From a phage, in the NCBI GenBank assembly GCA_036436775.1, contig GCA_036436775.1_3676.1: 64,000 bases of DNA. The stretch is one strand, 5' to 3'. Position 1 is the stretch's first letter. Each line of letters begins with the position of its first letter. Under the pieces are notes generated by a model, which saw only the letters and a list, made by a program, of their open reading frames with translations, was not told the origin of the DNA and did no database searches. Shown in pieces: positions 63,220 through 64,000 of this stretch. Made by a program: the position numbers and the translations under genes.

Positions 63220-63482
63220 TGGCTACTAGCATTGTATTCAATTCTAAGGTGAAGAACAAAAAGCGTGCAGACAGTTTTCCGTGTGGGACCGTGGTAAGTT
63301 GCGACGGAGACGGCATTCAAAACATAGTTATGATTGTCAAAACAGGAGAACATTGTGTGTGGGGGTTCGATTTAGAAAATAATGAGTTGTACGATCTGCC
63401 GCCAAACATGAAAGTTACAGAGCTTGACACCAAAATTACCATCCTTGGAGAGACAAGCTATTCAAAAGAAGGAGGAGAATAA
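63219..63482 (+). CDS. Small protein, tandem paralog 2 of 4
   Basis: 87-aa ORF, TAATG overlap. Confidence 0.6.
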   Translation: MATSIVFNSKVKNKKRADSFPCGTVVSCDGDGIQNIVMIVKTGEHCVWGFDLENNELYDLPPNMKVTELDTKITILGETSYSKEGGE

Positions 63483-63745
63483 TGACCACAAAAATCACTA
63501 TCGCAGAGCCGAAAGCTAACACTCAGCCTATCGAAAAGTTTAAGTGCGGTGAGGTGGTAACATTCACACCAGATAATGAAGATGCTAAGATTTTCGCAAT
63601 GGTCACAGCTGAGTGGATGTGTGACAACACCACACAAGTACTACGTTTCGATACCTACCTCACAGATGAGATCCGAAACGATAAGATCGTGACAGGTGTG
63701 GACACTGAAATTATTTTCTACAAGAGCTTTTTAGAGGGTTTCTGA
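63482..63745 (+). CDS. Small protein, tandem paralog 3 of 4
   Basis: 87-aa ORF, TAATG overlap. Confidence 0.6.
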   Translation: MTTKITIAEPKANTQPIEKFKCGEVVTFTPDNEDAKIFAMVTAEWMCDNTTQVLRFDTYLTDEIRNDKIVTGVDTEIIFYKSFLEGF

Positions 63746-63746
63746 T

Positions 63747-63980
63747 ATGGCAAAAATTCGTAAATTATCCAGCAATCAGGTTGTGAAAGACTTTGAATCT
63801 GGAGAGATTCTGTATGTTCGTGATGCAGATGACGAAGGTGAAGATCTTGTTATGTTGGTGGGGCACGCTGAGGACGGATGCATCCAAGCTGTTTTTCTTG
63901 AAACAGCTATGGTGCACTGGATAGAGCTGGACTTGAAAGCACGAAAACCTAAAGCAGAAATCCTGATCTACGAAGACTAG
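63747..63980 (+). CDS. Small protein, tandem paralog 4 of 4
   Basis: 77-aa ORF. Confidence 0.55.
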   Translation: MAKIRKLSSNQVVKDFESGEILYVRDADDEGEDLVMLVGHAEDGCIQAVFLETAMVHWIELDLKARKPKAEILIYED

Positions 63981-64000
63981 TAACTAAAGGAGAGAGCCGT

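Noticed and set aside
1-64000. Integrase, repressor or other lysogeny genes
   Set aside because: None recognised; gene content (RNR, polymerase, primase-helicase, rII-like genes, many host-type promoters) fits a virulent phage

Overview
The window looks like part of a large virulent tailed-phage genome with no lysogeny genes, tRNAs or CRISPR. All calls rest on reading the sequence and recalled family motifs; no database search or RNA folding was run. Layout: (1) 1-21.7 kb, + strand early block: nrdA, nrdB, nrdC-like glutaredoxin, nrdD, nrdG, phoH, a ClpP-like protease, a small Dam-type methyltransferase, an HPF/RaiA ribosome-hibernation-factor homolog and about 40 small genes, several in paralog families, driven by TTGACA-N17-TATAAT-type promoters. 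(2) 21.7-24.2 kb, repeat-rich non-coding region, a candidate origin or regulatory hub. (3) 24.2-34.3 kb, - strand island of about 30 very small genes, each with its own promoter, a GC hairpin in the 5'UTR and a conserved ribosome-binding site, plus three copies of an exact 45-bp element. (4) 34.3-35.6 kb, second non-coding region with two duplicated promoter-driven hairpin units and tandem repeats. (5) 35.6-60.3 kb, - strand replication module: macro-domain protein, SSB-like protein, family-A DNA polymerase split by a 276-nt candidate group I intron, primase-helicase, C5-methyltransferase-like protein, Dda-like helicase, rIIB/rIIA-like pair, secreted SleB-like hydrolase and a MoxR-type AAA+ ATPase. 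(6) 60.4-64 kb, + strand block with an HExxH-vWA protein and four tandem paralogs. The strongest candidates for something new are the split polymerase, the 27-bp inverted repeat at two divergent start codons, the duplicated hairpin units, and the MoxR/vWA pair.
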